Shown one piece after another: positions 39,036-50,194 of a stretch of 64,000 nucleotides of DNA (the first letter of the stretch is position 1; each line of letters opens with the position of its first letter). A model generated the notes under the pieces. The model made no database searches. It saw only the letters and a program-made list of their open reading frames with translations, and had not been told where the DNA came from. This DNA comes from Bacillota bacterium (GTDB lineage Bacteria; Bacillota_I; Bacilli_A; RFN20; CAG-288), in assembly GCA_036830315.1 (NCBI GenBank), contig DAISOU010000004.1, forward strand, positions 30,357 to 94,356, read 5' to 3'. The position numbers and the translations under genes were made by a program.

Positions 39036-39884
39036 ATGACTGACAAAAGATTTGGCGAATGCCTTAAAAAGCTCTACTTCGACAGAGATCCTAAGTCTAA
39101 TAAAGGCGATTTCGGACGTGCCCTCTTGATAGGAGGAAGCTCTTCTTATCCGGGTGCGATTGTCATCGCTTCAAAATTAGCCGAAGTATCCGGTGACGGA
39201 TATACAGGAATCAGAGTGCCTGACGATATTTTTCCAATCGTGGCTTCCAAAGTCACTCCGCTCGATGTCTTCGAACATTTCTATATTGAAGACATCACTC
39301 CTGTTTTAAAATACGACTCTCTGCTTTTCGGAAACGGAATGGAAGTAAGTTCTCTCAATTACGAGCTTTTGAAAAAGATTGTCAGTGTCTATCAGGGGAA
39401 GATGATTATCGATGGTTCGGGACTATCTATTTTAGCTAAGTACGGAGATGGTTTTCTCCAAAATACCGGCAGCCGTATTCTGCTCACTCCCCATCTGAAA
39501 GAGGCCTCTCTTTTATTCAAAATGGACAGTGTCAGCAAAGAGCCGTCAGATTATCTTGAAAAAGCCAAAGAATATGCTAAGACGCATGATGTCTATATAC
39601 TTCTTAAAAGTTATCAGTCCATTCTGATAACACCTGATGGGGAAGATGAGATTTCTTCGGATACTGGCGCTGTTGCCTTGGCTAAGGCCGGTTCGGGAGA
39701 TGGACTGGCTGGTTTTCTGGCGGGACTTTTAGCTTATGGTCCAAAGCTTGTCGGCACAAAAGACACGATTCTCTTCGGAGACTTTTTCTTCCATCGGGCA
39801 GCTTCTTTATTGATCACCGGTTTTGAGACTGTTCTCAATCTTCCCGCCTTGATAAAAGAACTTCTGATCAATGATGATAAATAG
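39036..39884 (+). CDS. ADP-dependent NAD(P)H-hydrate dehydratase (YjeF C-terminal / Nnr family).
   Basis: KGDFGRALLIGGSSSYPGA and the C-terminal GSGD motif. RBS AAAGGAGA. Start is 1 nt after the GT2 stop. Confidence 0.8.
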   Translation: MTDKRFGECLKKLYFDRDPKSNKGDFGRALLIGGSSSYPGAIVIASKLAEVSGDGYTGIRVPDDIFPIVASKVTPLDVFEHFYIEDITPVLKYDSLLFGNGMEVSSLNYELLKKIVSVYQGKMIIDGSGLSILAKYGDGFLQNTGSRILLTPHLKEASLLFKMDSVSKEPSDYLEKAKEYAKTHDVYILLKSYQSILITPDGEDEISSDTGAVALAKAGSGDGLAGFLAGLLAYGPKLVGTKDTILFGDFFFHRAASLLITGFETVLNLPALIKELLINDDK

Positions 39885-39927
39885 AATTTAAATATTATTT
39901 GATAAGTTGTCTGTCTGCAAAAATAAA

Positions 39928-39966
39928 ATAGGCTACAGGTTATTTTTCCTGTAGCCTATATTTTTA
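39928..39966. terminator. Bidirectional terminator between nnr (+) and pepF (-).
   Basis: 12-bp stem ataggctacagg / cctgtagcctat flanked by an A-run and a T-run. Confidence 0.7.
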
Positions 39967-41694
39967 CTTATCTAATTCAGAAGGATTGAACTGACCTAAG
40001 TAGTCCATAATCTGCTGACTGACATCTTTTAAGGTGTCACCGTCCATCGGGTTTGCGATATCGGCTTTCTTGAGAAGGGCACGGAAGGGAAGAGTGCCGG
40101 CCAGTTTATCGAAGGCGATGTATTTGTCAAAGGCCTTCTTAGGATCGACACGGGACTCATTGAAGAACTCAAGAGAGACAACCTGAGCGATAGTGTAATC
40201 GAGATAATAGAGAGGATTCTCGAAGATGTGATGCTGTCTCATCCACCAGCCGCCTGATTCCAGGAATTCATTGCCGGCATAGTTCTTATGAGGCAAGTAG
40301 GCTTTTTCAAGCTTTCTCCAATAGGCTTTTCTTTCTTCATGAGTGATATCGGGATTCTCATAGACATAAGTCTGGAAACCGTCGACAATACAGCCATAGG
40401 GGATAAAGGTGATGGCATCGCAGAGGTGCTGATACTTGTATTTGTCAGTATCCTGTTTGAAGAAGTACTTCATCCAGGGATAGGTCAGGTATTCCATGGA
40501 CATGGAATGCATTTCACAGCACTCCATACCGGGATTTCGATAAGCGGGGACTTCCTGATCTCCACCTAAGAATCCCTGTAATGAATGACCGAATTCATGG
40601 GTCAGAGTATCGACATCGGCACCGGTTCCGTTGAAGTTGGCGAAGATGAAGGAGGTCTTAAGACCAGAGACATAGCACATGAATCCGCCACCGGCTTTGC
40701 CAGGCTTTGCAACTAGATCTAAGCAGTTGTGTTCGACCATGAAATCAAAGTACTTCTCAGTGATAGGGGATAACTCGGCATACATCTTCTGAGCGGCAGC
40801 GACAAGTTCCTCAGGTTTTCCTTTGGGAGTCGGATTGCCAGACTTATAGAAGATCGCGTAATCGTAGTATTTGGTATCTTTTCCAAAGCCAAGTCTTTCC
40901 TTCTGGGCCTTGCAGATATTTTCAGAAAGGGGAACGATATAATCTAAAATCTTCTGTCTGTAGGAAGAAGCATCTTTAGGAGTCCAATCAAGTCTTCCCA
41001 TTCTGTCATAGGCTAACTGCAGGAAATTATCGTATCCGAGAGTCTTGGCAATCTTGGTTCTGACTTTGACCATGCGGTCATAGATATCGCCGATTTTTTT
41101 GTCGTTTTCAGCATAGAAGGCCCAGACTAGCTTATTGGCTTCCGCTCTTACTTTTCTATCGGAGCTAGAAGTATATTTTCCCATCTGAGGGATAGAAAGC
41201 TTCTTTCCTTCATAATCGATTAGAGCACCTGCCATCAGATTGATGTATTCGGAGACTAACTTGTTCTCTTCGATGAGCATGGGAACGATTTCCGGAGAGA
41301 AGGTCTTCATCGATAAAGCAGTCTCTTCAAAGAGCAGCTTTCCAAATTTGTCTTCTAAATCCTTGCGGTACTTTGAATTATAGAGGTCGTTGTCGACTTT
41401 GTTGGAGGCCTCACTGATTTCAGGACCGATAAGATCGATGAGATCATTGAGCTTGCTATACTCTTCGTTTCTGGTGTCGATATTGTGTCTTATTCCGACG
41501 AGGTTGAAGACAGTTCCGATATCATCTGAAAGAGTGAAGTAGTCCTTTACGGCCTTGATAGCTTCGTCTTTGTTCTTGGCACCGGTGAGTCTCTTGTCGA
41601 TTTCGTCAATGGCAGCGATGATTTCTTCTTTATTGGGGGTCTCAATCTTCACTTGATCGAATTTGTCAAATTTTCCATTAAAATGTTGAATCAT
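39964..41694 (-). CDS. pepF: Oligoendopeptidase F (M3 family).
   Basis: HEFGH zinc motif, 576 aa. Confidence 0.9.
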   Translation of the reverse strand: MIQHFNGKFDKFDQVKIETPNKEEIIAAIDEIDKRLTGAKNKDEAIKAVKDYFTLSDDIGTVFNLVGIRHNIDTRNEEYSKLNDLIDLIGPEISEASNKVDNDLYNSKYRKDLEDKFGKLLFEETALSMKTFSPEIVPMLIEENKLVSEYINLMAGALIDYEGKKLSIPQMGKYTSSSDRKVRAEANKLVWAFYAENDKKIGDIYDRMVKVRTKIAKTLGYDNFLQLAYDRMGRLDWTPKDASSYRQKILDYIVPLSENICKAQKERLGFGKDTKYYDYAIFYKSGNPTPKGKPEELVAAAQKMYAELSPITEKYFDFMVEHNCLDLVAKPGKAGGGFMCYVSGLKTSFIFANFNGTGADVDTLTHEFGHSLQGFLGGDQEVPAYRNPGMECCEMHSMSMEYLTYPWMKYFFKQDTDKYKYQHLCDAITFIPYGCIVDGFQTYVYENPDITHEERKAYWRKLEKAYLPHKNYAGNEFLESGGWWMRQHHIFENPLYYLDYTIAQVVSLEFFNESRVDPKKAFDKYIAFDKLAGTLPFRALLKKADIANPMDGDTLKDVSQQIMDYLGQFNPSELDK

Positions 41695-41807
41695 TATGGG
41701 TTGTCCTTTCTTTGAAAATCAAACTACTGATATTATATCTGATTATCTTCATTTAGAAAGAGAAAAGGCATAAGTGAAGATGGATGTTCTCTTTTGTCTT
41801 CTACTTA

Positions 41808-43316
41808 TCAAAGGTGATAGATTTCTGTGTATTTCTCTGTCAGATAGTCAATATACGGTTTGGCAGAGAATTCTTCCCCGGTGATTTTCTTAATCCAGTC
41901 TTTAGTATCAAGAAGGGCGGCATCCTTGAAGACATTTTCTTTCATCCAAGACAGAATATCGTTCATTCTTCCTTCTCTGACAGTGGTTTCAAATCCGATG
42001 TCTTTATCTAACTTCTTGACATAGATGCAGTTGAGGGCATTACCTAAGGCGTAGGTGGGGAAGTATCCAAATCCGCTTGTCCAATGAACATCCTGGAGAA
42101 TACCGGTTCTGTCATCCTTGTTGTCAACGCCAAGTATTTCCTTATAGAGCCTATTCCATTCCTGATTGAGATTCTTGAAATCAGCCTTATTGTTCATGAT
42201 TTCTCTCTCGAGGCGATAACGGATGATGATGTGAAGAGAATAAGTGAGCTCATCAGCCTCAGTTCTCAGAGGATTGTCCAGATCGACATAGTTGACTCCC
42301 TCATAGAAATCATTCTCGCTGACATCACCCATCTCTTCCTTGAAGATCTTCATGAAACTAGGATAGATGGCATGGATGTAGTTTTTGTTTCTTCCGATGA
42401 TGTTTTCATAGAAGCGGGAGACCGATTCATGTTTGGCCATGGAAAGGAAACTCTCTCCTAAGTGATGAGAAAACACTTCGTCAGGAATATTCTGACCGAA
42501 GAGAGCATGACCGCCTTCATGAATGACAGAATACATATTGGAAATAAAGTTGTTTTCATAATAATGAGTTGTAACTCTCACATCGTTTTGACCAAGCTGA
42601 GATGTGAAAGGATGAATGGTAGTCGATACTGATCCTCTTTTGAAATCAAAACCGTTGAACTTCAGTATCTCAGTCGTGAACTGTTCCTGTTTGGAGATAG
42701 GCACTAATCTTTTGAGGAAATCGTGACGGGGTATGTAGGTGGAGTTTCTGACTTTCTCTAAAAGGGGTTTGATTCCTTTTTCAAGTTCATCAAAGAACTT
42801 GTCTAAGTCAGAAGAAGTGAATCCCTCTTCATAGTCGGAAAAGAGGGTATTGTAGAGATTCTTCTGGTCACAGTCCGGTCTTAAAAGAAGAAGCTTCTTC
42901 TCCATTTTGAAGACTTCTTCTAAAGTAGGGGAGTATTCGGAATAATCGTTGTCTTCTTTGGCTTTTGCCCAGACCATATAGGCTTTGTTGAATAACTCTG
43001 AAGCTCTCATGTTGTCTTCGGGAGTGATATTCTCACTGTCTCTGATGGTTTTGTGAAGCTCTTTGACAAGTCTTTGATCATAGATACTCAGTTCTGAATA
43101 TTCTTTCTCATAGAGTTTGTTGACTATTGAAATGAATTCTTTGCTTTTTTCAATCTTATAAGCTTGGTTGGAGAAGAAGGACATATCTCTTCCGTCTTCT
43201 TCCATTCCGCCTTCCGGAGCAGCGGTCTCCATATCGTAGCTGATTATCTGTGACGCGTGATTGAAAAGCTCTATTCCTGTCAACATATCGTATAGTTCTT
43301 TGATTTCTTTACTCAT
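41808..43316 (-). CDS. M32 family carboxypeptidase (Taq carboxypeptidase-like).
   Basis: HEGGHALFGQN, DVHW…GFGYFPTYALG. Start chosen at the internal M preceded by a GAGGT SD. Confidence 0.85.
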   Translation of the reverse strand: MSKEIKELYDMLTGIELFNHASQIISYDMETAAPEGGMEEDGRDMSFFSNQAYKIEKSKEFISIVNKLYEKEYSELSIYDQRLVKELHKTIRDSENITPEDNMRASELFNKAYMVWAKAKEDNDYSEYSPTLEEVFKMEKKLLLLRPDCDQKNLYNTLFSDYEEGFTSSDLDKFFDELEKGIKPLLEKVRNSTYIPRHDFLKRLVPISKQEQFTTEILKFNGFDFKRGSVSTTIHPFTSQLGQNDVRVTTHYYENNFISNMYSVIHEGGHALFGQNIPDEVFSHHLGESFLSMAKHESVSRFYENIIGRNKNYIHAIYPSFMKIFKEEMGDVSENDFYEGVNYVDLDNPLRTEADELTYSLHIIIRYRLEREIMNNKADFKNLNQEWNRLYKEILGVDNKDDRTGILQDVHWTSGFGYFPTYALGNALNCIYVKKLDKDIGFETTVREGRMNDILSWMKENVFKDAALLDTKDWIKKITGEEFSAKPYIDYLTEKYTEIYHL

Positions 43317-43472
43317 TGTCTTAACCTCGATAGTTAGCATTATAAAACAAAAGCGACATCAGGCATACTCAATTGACATCATATAATTGACAATAATCAG
43401 TGTTTTTTCTGATTCTTCTATGTTTAGGATAATAATGAAAAACTTTGTTTGAAGTCTTATAATTGTCTCATC

Positions 43473-44516
43473 ATGGCAGAAAACAGAAAACTGAAGATAG
43501 ATATGCTTTCCAAGGCGACTAGTGCCCCGGCTCAGGGAGTCGGAAGTGTTTTCATTGAACAGAAAAGACTCATTGAAGAATTAGGGAAAGATGATTTCGA
43601 AGTTTTTCTGAATAAGCATTCCGGTAAATATGATCTATATCATGTTCATTCCGTCAATCCTCAGTATTATCGGATACTGAAGAAGAGGAACTCTATCTGT
43701 TTTGTTCATTTTCTTCCTGATACATTAGAAGGATCAATAAAGCTTCCCAAGTGGGCCTTTCGGCTTTTTAAAAAATATGTCACAGCTTTTTATCAGAGAG
43801 CGAAGGAAATAGTTGTTGTAAATCCCAGTTTCATAGATGCTTTAGTCGGATTTGGAATCGAGAGAGAAAGGATAACATATATTCCCAATTTCGTTTCCAA
43901 AGAAGATTTTTATCAGACTTCAGAAGAAAAAAAAGAAGAATACCGAGAAAAATATCAGTTACCTAAAGATAAATTTGTCGTCTTAGGAGTCGGACAGGTG
44001 CAGACGAGAAAAGGAATCCTGGATTTTATCGATATCAGCAAGAAAAATCCTGATATGTACTTTGTCTGGGCTGGCGGTTTTTCCTTTAAGAACATAACCG
44101 ACGGTTACCGTGAACTGAAAAAGGAGATGGAGACTAAAAGAGATAATCTTTCATTCTTGGGAATCAGAACCCGAAAAGAGATGAATGAAATCTATAATGC
44201 CTGTGACTGCTTTCTTCTTCCTTCTTATAATGAGCTCTTTCCGATGGCTTTGCTTGAAAACTGCAATATCTCAAATCCCTATATTGTCCGAGATCTTAGT
44301 CTTTACAAGGATATTTTAGTCGGGGATTATCTTAAAGCCGATGACAATGAAGGATTCTCTCTTATCCTAAGAAAACTTGCTTCTGATAAAGACTATTATA
44401 AAAAAGCCAGTGTCCTTTCAGAAATGATGTCAGAAAAGTACTCGAGAGAAAACGTCTATCTCCTTTGGAAAGACTATTATAAGAAAGTATACGCGAAGTA
44501 TAAAAAACAGGATTGA
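43473..44516 (+). CDS. Glycosyltransferase family 4 (diacylglycerol glycosyltransferase-like).
   Basis: GT-B fold with the C-terminal motif CDCFLLPSYNELFPMALLE. The listed ORF begins at a TTG at 43449. I prefer the first ATG. Confidence 0.65.
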   Translation: MAENRKLKIDMLSKATSAPAQGVGSVFIEQKRLIEELGKDDFEVFLNKHSGKYDLYHVHSVNPQYYRILKKRNSICFVHFLPDTLEGSIKLPKWAFRLFKKYVTAFYQRAKEIVVVNPSFIDALVGFGIERERITYIPNFVSKEDFYQTSEEKKEEYREKYQLPKDKFVVLGVGQVQTRKGILDFIDISKKNPDMYFVWAGGFSFKNITDGYRELKKEMETKRDNLSFLGIRTRKEMNEIYNACDCFLLPSYNELFPMALLENCNISNPYIVRDLSLYKDILVGDYLKADDNEGFSLILRKLASDKDYYKKASVLSEMMSEKYSRENVYLLWKDYYKKVYAKYKKQD

Positions 44517-44651
44517 AGAAGAAACCAGGTCCCCTTTTAGACATCTATCTTACTGATATATGCGATTATTAGTTTTTTCTTTCTTCTTTATGGTTTTCGT
44601 TATGCTAAAATAAACAAGTATTTAATTATTTAAAGGAAAGAGGACAAACAA

Positions 44652-46868
44652 ATGTCAAAAGAAGTGTTTACACTCGATTTCTTCGGAAAGAAACTTGAAG
44701 TTGAATCCGGTGAAATTGCCAAACAGGCTGATGGAAGCTGCCTTGTCAGATTAGATGACACCGCCGTCTTATGTGCCGCCTGCGGAGCCAAAGAAGCAAA
44801 ATTAGGTCAGGATTTCTTCCCTCTTACTGTCAACTATTTCGAGAGACAGTATGCTGCCGGTAAGATTCCTGGGTCTTTCTTAAGAAGAGAAGGACGTCAG
44901 TCTAGCCGTGAGACTTTGATCTCCCGTCTTATCGATCGTCCTATCCGTCCGATGTTCCCCGATGGTTATGTCAATGAAACACAGATCTCCTGCACCGTCA
45001 TGAGCTGTGATCCTGATGCCTGCAGCGATATGGCCGCCATGTTCGGCGCCTCTTTATCTCTCTGCATCTCTGACATTCCTTTTGATACTCCTATCGCCGG
45101 TGTCCATGTCGGCCGTGTCAACGGCGAACTCATCATCAATCCTACTGTTGAACAGGCTGCTGCCTCCGATATCAATCTGACTGTCGCCGGTACTGAAGAA
45201 GCCATCAATATGGTTGAAGCCGGTGCCGCTGAAGTCAGCGAAGAAGATATGCTTGACGCTTTGATGTTCGGTCATGATGCCATCAAGATTCTCTGCAAGT
45301 TCGAAAAGGAAATCACGGCCAAGATCGGCAAGACCAAGCGTGCTTTGAATATCTACAAGATCGATGAGAAGTTTGCTGCCGAATGCCGCAATCACATTTC
45401 TGAAGGACAGACTGAGACTACTGAAAACCGTATCATCAAGGCTGTCTCTATTTTCGACAAGCTCGAAAGACAGAACACCATCGATTCTATTGAAAAAGAA
45501 GTCATCGATATTGTCGATGCCAGAGATTATAAGACGATGCAGCTCCATGACATCGCTGTCAATGAAGCCAAGAAAGTCTTAGAAGATGTCGTCCGTAAGG
45601 AAGTCAGACGTCTTATCACTATCGACAAGGTCAGACCTGATGGACGTAAGATCGATGAAATCCGTCCTCTCGATGCCCAGGTTCATCTTTTACCCAGAGC
45701 TCATGGTTCTGCCATGTTCACCCGTGGACAGACTCAGGTTATTTCTGCCTGTACTTTAGGATCTTTGGATGATGCTCAGATCATCGATGATATTACCGGC
45801 GATGATTCCAAGAGATGGATGCATCACTACAATTTCCCGCCATATTCTGTCGGTGAATTAGGCCGTATGGGTACTCCTGGCCGTCGTGAAATCGGTCATG
45901 GTGCCTTAGGCGAACGCGCTTTGTCTTATGTCATTCCCTCTGAAGAGGAATTCCCTTATACCATCCGCTGCGTCGCTGATGTCTGTGAGTCTAATGGCTC
46001 TTCTTCTCAGGCCTCTATCTGTGCTTCCTGCATGGCTTTGATGGATGCCGGTGTCCCGCTTAAGGCTCCCGTCTCCGGTATTGCCATGGGTCTTATCACT
46101 TCCGGTCCTTTTGACGGAAACCATCCTTATACTATCCTCACTGATATTCAGGGTATGGAAGATCATCTCGGCGATATGGACTTCAAGGTTGCCGGTACTC
46201 CTAACGGAATCACTGCCTTACAGATGGATATCAAGATTCACGGTATCACCCGTGATGTCTTGGCTGAGGCTTTGGCTCAGTCTAAGCCGGCCAGAAAGCA
46301 GATCTTGGCTGTTATGCTCAAGGCCATCCCTGAACCCAGAAAAGAATTATCTGATTATGCTCTTAAGATGAAGAGATTCAATATCGTCCCTGAGAAGATC
46401 AGAGAAGTCATCGGATCTCAGGGCAAGGTCATCAATGGCATCATCGCTGATTGCAACAATGATGTTAAGATCGATATCAATGATGACGGCCGTGTCATTC
46501 TCTACTCTGTCCACAAGGATATGATTCAGAAGGCTTATGACGCCATTCAGAATATTGTCCGTGTCGCTGTTGTCGGAGAGGTCTTTGACGGCAAGGTCGT
46601 CCGTATCATCGAATCCGGTGCCTTTGTCAATCTCTTCGGAAGCACTGATGCTTATGTTCATATCTCCAAGCTCAGCTGGAACCGTATCACTAAGGTTGAG
46701 GATGTCTGCCATGTCGGTGATACCTTAAAGGTAGTCGTCACTGAGATCGACAGCCAAGGACGTGTCGATGCCAGCCATCGCGACTTCACCGAAAAGCCGG
46801 AAGGATATGTCGATCGCCCTGATCGTCCCCGTCCGACCAAGAACTTCCATAACAACAACCGTCATTAA
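44652..46868 (+). CDS. pnp: Polyribonucleotide nucleotidyltransferase (PNPase).
   Basis: Two RNase PH domains, then KH and S1 domains. 738 aa. Confidence 0.95.
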   Translation: MSKEVFTLDFFGKKLEVESGEIAKQADGSCLVRLDDTAVLCAACGAKEAKLGQDFFPLTVNYFERQYAAGKIPGSFLRREGRQSSRETLISRLIDRPIRPMFPDGYVNETQISCTVMSCDPDACSDMAAMFGASLSLCISDIPFDTPIAGVHVGRVNGELIINPTVEQAAASDINLTVAGTEEAINMVEAGAAEVSEEDMLDALMFGHDAIKILCKFEKEITAKIGKTKRALNIYKIDEKFAAECRNHISEGQTETTENRIIKAVSIFDKLERQNTIDSIEKEVIDIVDARDYKTMQLHDIAVNEAKKVLEDVVRKEVRRLITIDKVRPDGRKIDEIRPLDAQVHLLPRAHGSAMFTRGQTQVISACTLGSLDDAQIIDDITGDDSKRWMHHYNFPPYSVGELGRMGTPGRREIGHGALGERALSYVIPSEEEFPYTIRCVADVCESNGSSSQASICASCMALMDAGVPLKAPVSGIAMGLITSGPFDGNHPYTILTDIQGMEDHLGDMDFKVAGTPNGITALQMDIKIHGITRDVLAEALAQSKPARKQILAVMLKAIPEPRKELSDYALKMKRFNIVPEKIREVIGSQGKVINGIIADCNNDVKIDINDDGRVILYSVHKDMIQKAYDAIQNIVRVAVVGEVFDGKVVRIIESGAFVNLFGSTDAYVHISKLSWNRITKVEDVCHVGDTLKVVVTEIDSQGRVDASHRDFTEKPEGYVDRPDRPRPTKNFHNNNRH

Positions 46869-46882
46869 TTAGATAATATATT

Positions 46883-46913
46883 GGGGTTGGTTTAATACAC
46901 CAACCCTTTTCTG
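46883..46913 (+). terminator. Terminator after pnp.
   Basis: Stem ggggttgg / ccaaccct followed by TTTTCT. Confidence 0.6.
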
Positions 46914-46943
46914 TATAATATGTATATATAAAATAATGGGATT

Positions 46944-46952
46944 TGGTATAAT
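46944..46952 (+). promoter_or_regulatory. Extended -10 element (TGgTATAAT) placed so that transcription would start at or next to the ATG. Implies a leaderless mRNA.
   Basis: TGGTATAAT ends 6 nt before the ATG at 46959. No SD in between. Confidence 0.4.
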
Positions 46953-46958
46953 AAAAAT

Positions 46959-48944
46959 ATGAAAAAAGGAAAAAACTTTGGTGGTGTCTTATCTAGTCTT
47001 CTTGTCTTTTCACTTTTCAGCTGCAATCAATATTCAGTCGGACGTATTGATTTCGAACTGAATGGCGGTTCTTTCAATGATGAGTCTTTTTCTACCACTT
47101 ATCTGCAGGGAAAAGCCGGTGATCCGATCACGACGGTTATTCCTGATCCCGTAAAAAGCGGTTATTATTTTGTCGGCTGGAGAGAAAAGAACAATTCCGG
47201 TGCTTACCGGGTTGTCAATAAGATCTTGGCTGATGACGGAAATTCTTATTACCATTATCCCTATGGAAATGATATTTTCTATGCTTATTTTGAGCCTTTG
47301 GTTCAGATCAATTTTGATTTAGGCGTTGCCAAAGACAGAGAAGGAGCTATTGTCGCCCCGAAACAGGGAGCGACTAATTTCTCCGAATCGGTTTTAAATG
47401 GATACGCCACCAAAACCATTGATTCCACCGATTATCTTCCTACTGCTACTGGCACCCATCTCAATTTCAGTTATTGGTATACGACTAAACCCTTAGCCAA
47501 GACTCAGGAAACCGATGGCACTATTCATTATTCCCTTGATTCCACGGGTGCTGACGGTATTTATCAGTTTGATAAGTCTTTTGGAACTGATGGAATGGCT
47601 TTCCCTCTTCTGGCTTCTGGGGAGACTTTTACTCTTTACGCTTTCTTTGAGGAAGATCCGAAAATTACTGTCAACTTCAATCTCGAAGGAGTAGAACCCG
47701 CTGTTTTCCAGACGGAAAAAGACGGCGACAATATCTCTGCTGATTTGATCAAATGCATCAAGACGGCGATTAATATCGACCTCTCTTCTTCTGAAGATAT
47801 CTATTATCCTAACAAGTCTGAAAAGACAAAGAGATTAGCAGGTCTATTTCTTGATACTGAATTCAAAAAACCTTTCTATCTCAATTCCTCTGTCGGAAAC
47901 AAAGATCTCAGTCTCTATATGAAATGGAACAGCAAGGTCAGTGTCACTTTAGACTATAATGGCGGAAACCTCAGCGGTGAAACTACTTTTGTCTCTACTC
48001 ATTATTCTGACGATATCTTAGGTGATGAATTCCTCACCGCTCACACTCCCGCAAAGGATAACAGCGATTTTATCGGTTTTAATTTAGAGGGGAATGCCTT
48101 TGATTTTGCCAAAACTAAACTTCCGAGTAACAATATAACGTTGATTGCACAGTATTCGGATTACCCTACTCTAACTCTCAAAGGTTTATATCCTGCCTCA
48201 TATACCGGTGAGAAAATCTCTGATGTTCTCATTCAGAAGAAGGCCGGAACTGATATCTCTGCTCTTCTTGAAAACTTCAAGGGAACTTTGACTGGTACTT
48301 CTCTTGAGGCCAATATCTTTAAGACCAAGGCGGCTGATACTGATGTTTATACCGCCTACACTAAGACGATGATGCCTGATAAATCCATGAATCTGTATTT
48401 GCAGATCAATTATAAGATGGTAATTACGTTGAAGACCTTGAAAGACGATGGCTCTGCCTTTACTGATGTCAGTCAGGCTATAGACAAAGTCTCCTATTTT
48501 GGCATTGGGGACACAGTTGATTATTCTTCGTTTGCCGATTTAAAGGAAAACCTTGTCGAAGGCGAGGACACCTATCTTTATAACGGCCTTTATAGCGATG
48601 CTGCTCTTAGTCTTGATATCATTCTTCCTTTGAGCGGAGATTCTTCCTTTACTTCGGCGCCTTCTTTGAATATCTACCGAAAATACACTAAGGGTGTTAT
48701 TCTGAGCTTTGTTCAAAGCGATAAGGTGACCATCATTAACGGAACTGATTCCAATTCCTTGAAATATATGGTTTTGCCAAATGGTTCGACTTCATCAGTC
48801 TATGATGAAATCGTCAGTCTTCTGAATATTGGCACCAAGACTGTTTCTTCCTTAGCTGTTCTTAATGCTGACAATACCACTTCTGTTTTAGGCAATGTTC
48901 TTCCTTCAGCCAATGCCACTATCGTCGTCACCTATAATGCCTGA
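46959..48944 (+). CDS. Surface lipoprotein with Listeria-Bacteroides (Flg_new-type) repeat domains.
   Basis: Signal peptide with lipobox LFSC. Repeated G(Y/F)xFxGW segments. Confidence 0.65.
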   Translation: MKKGKNFGGVLSSLLVFSLFSCNQYSVGRIDFELNGGSFNDESFSTTYLQGKAGDPITTVIPDPVKSGYYFVGWREKNNSGAYRVVNKILADDGNSYYHYPYGNDIFYAYFEPLVQINFDLGVAKDREGAIVAPKQGATNFSESVLNGYATKTIDSTDYLPTATGTHLNFSYWYTTKPLAKTQETDGTIHYSLDSTGADGIYQFDKSFGTDGMAFPLLASGETFTLYAFFEEDPKITVNFNLEGVEPAVFQTEKDGDNISADLIKCIKTAINIDLSSSEDIYYPNKSEKTKRLAGLFLDTEFKKPFYLNSSVGNKDLSLYMKWNSKVSVTLDYNGGNLSGETTFVSTHYSDDILGDEFLTAHTPAKDNSDFIGFNLEGNAFDFAKTKLPSNNITLIAQYSDYPTLTLKGLYPASYTGEKISDVLIQKKAGTDISALLENFKGTLTGTSLEANIFKTKAADTDVYTAYTKTMMPDKSMNLYLQINYKMVITLKTLKDDGSAFTDVSQAIDKVSYFGIGDTVDYSSFADLKENLVEGEDTYLYNGLYSDAALSLDIILPLSGDSSFTSAPSLNIYRKYTKGVILSFVQSDKVTIINGTDSNSLKYMVLPNGSTSSVYDEIVSLLNIGTKTVSSLAVLNADNTTSVLGNVLPSANATIVVTYNA

Positions 48945-49068
48945 TAAGAAGAAGCTCTTCTAATTACATTTAGTATTTGAATATGTTTATATATTTACTA
49001 TAATTAAGCGTGTAGTTTTAGACACGGTCTTTTTATTTATCCGCCTGTCTATAGAAAGCGTCATACAA

Positions 49069-50184
49069 ATGAGTTTAACTGCTGGTATCGTCGGTCTTCC
49101 TAACGTAGGAAAATCCACTCTCTTCAACGCCATCACTAATTCCAATGTCTTAGCTGAGAATTATCCTTTCGCCACTATCAATCCCAACACCGGAGTAGTC
49201 GAAGTAAAGGATCCCCGCTTTGAAGAATTAGTAAGAATCTTCTCTCCTAAAAAACAGGTGAGAGCTACTTTTGAATTTACTGATATTGCCGGTCTTGTCA
49301 AAGGCGCTTCAAAAGGCGAAGGACTCGGCAACCAGTTTTTAGGAAACATCCGCAATACCGACAGCATCATTCATGTTGTTCGCTGCTTTGACGATTCTGA
49401 CATCATCGCCTATAACGGAAGAAAAGTCGATCCGGTCGCCGATGCCACTGAAGTCAATCTTGAACTTATCTTAAGTGATATCTCTGTCCTTGAAAACCGT
49501 CTTGAACGTATTGAACGCAAGGCCACGATGACAAAAGACAAGAACGGTCTTGCTGAAGTCGGTGCCATAAAGAAGCTTTTAGAAGGACTGAAAAACGAAA
49601 AGATGGCATCTGATGTTGAACTGACTACCGAAGAAAAGCCTTTTGTCCACGATTTCAATCTCATCACCAACAAACCGATTATCTATGTCGGCAACGTCGA
49701 TGAGGAATCATACGCTGACCCTAGCAAGAATCCCTATTTTGCCGCCTTGACTATGTATGCTAAGGCTAATCATGCCGAATGCATTCCTGTCTGTGCCCGA
49801 CTTGAAGAGGAGCTTTCAAGAGTGTCACCTCAGGATAGAACAGATTATCTCGAATCTTTAGGTACATCTCTTACTGGTCTTGATAAGATCACGATGGCTG
49901 CCTATCACATTTTAGGACTCCGCACTTTCTTCACTGACGGCCCTGATGAAGTCCGGGCCTGGACTTTCCACGATGGTATGACGGCCCCCGAATGCGCCGG
50001 TGTCATTCATTCTGATTTCCAGAAGTTCTTTTTGAAAGCCGAAGTCTATGCTTATGATGACATTCATGCCTTAGGCAGTGAAGAAGCTGTCAAATCAGCT
50101 GGCAAATACATGACTGTCGGAAAAGACTATCTCGTCAAAGACGGAGACTGTCTTTTCATCCGCTCAGCCGCTGCTAAGAAGTAA
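49069..50184 (+). CDS. ychF: Ribosome-binding ATPase YchF (Obg-like GTPase family).
   Basis: GIVGLPNVGKSTLFNA G1 motif, C-terminal TGS domain. Confidence 0.95.
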   Translation: MSLTAGIVGLPNVGKSTLFNAITNSNVLAENYPFATINPNTGVVEVKDPRFEELVRIFSPKKQVRATFEFTDIAGLVKGASKGEGLGNQFLGNIRNTDSIIHVVRCFDDSDIIAYNGRKVDPVADATEVNLELILSDISVLENRLERIERKATMTKDKNGLAEVGAIKKLLEGLKNEKMASDVELTTEEKPFVHDFNLITNKPIIYVGNVDEESYADPSKNPYFAALTMYAKANHAECIPVCARLEEELSRVSPQDRTDYLESLGTSLTGLDKITMAAYHILGLRTFFTDGPDEVRAWTFHDGMTAPECAGVIHSDFQKFFLKAEVYAYDDIHALGSEEAVKSAGKYMTVGKDYLVKDGDCLFIRSAAAKK

Positions 50185-50194
50185 AGAGATTATT

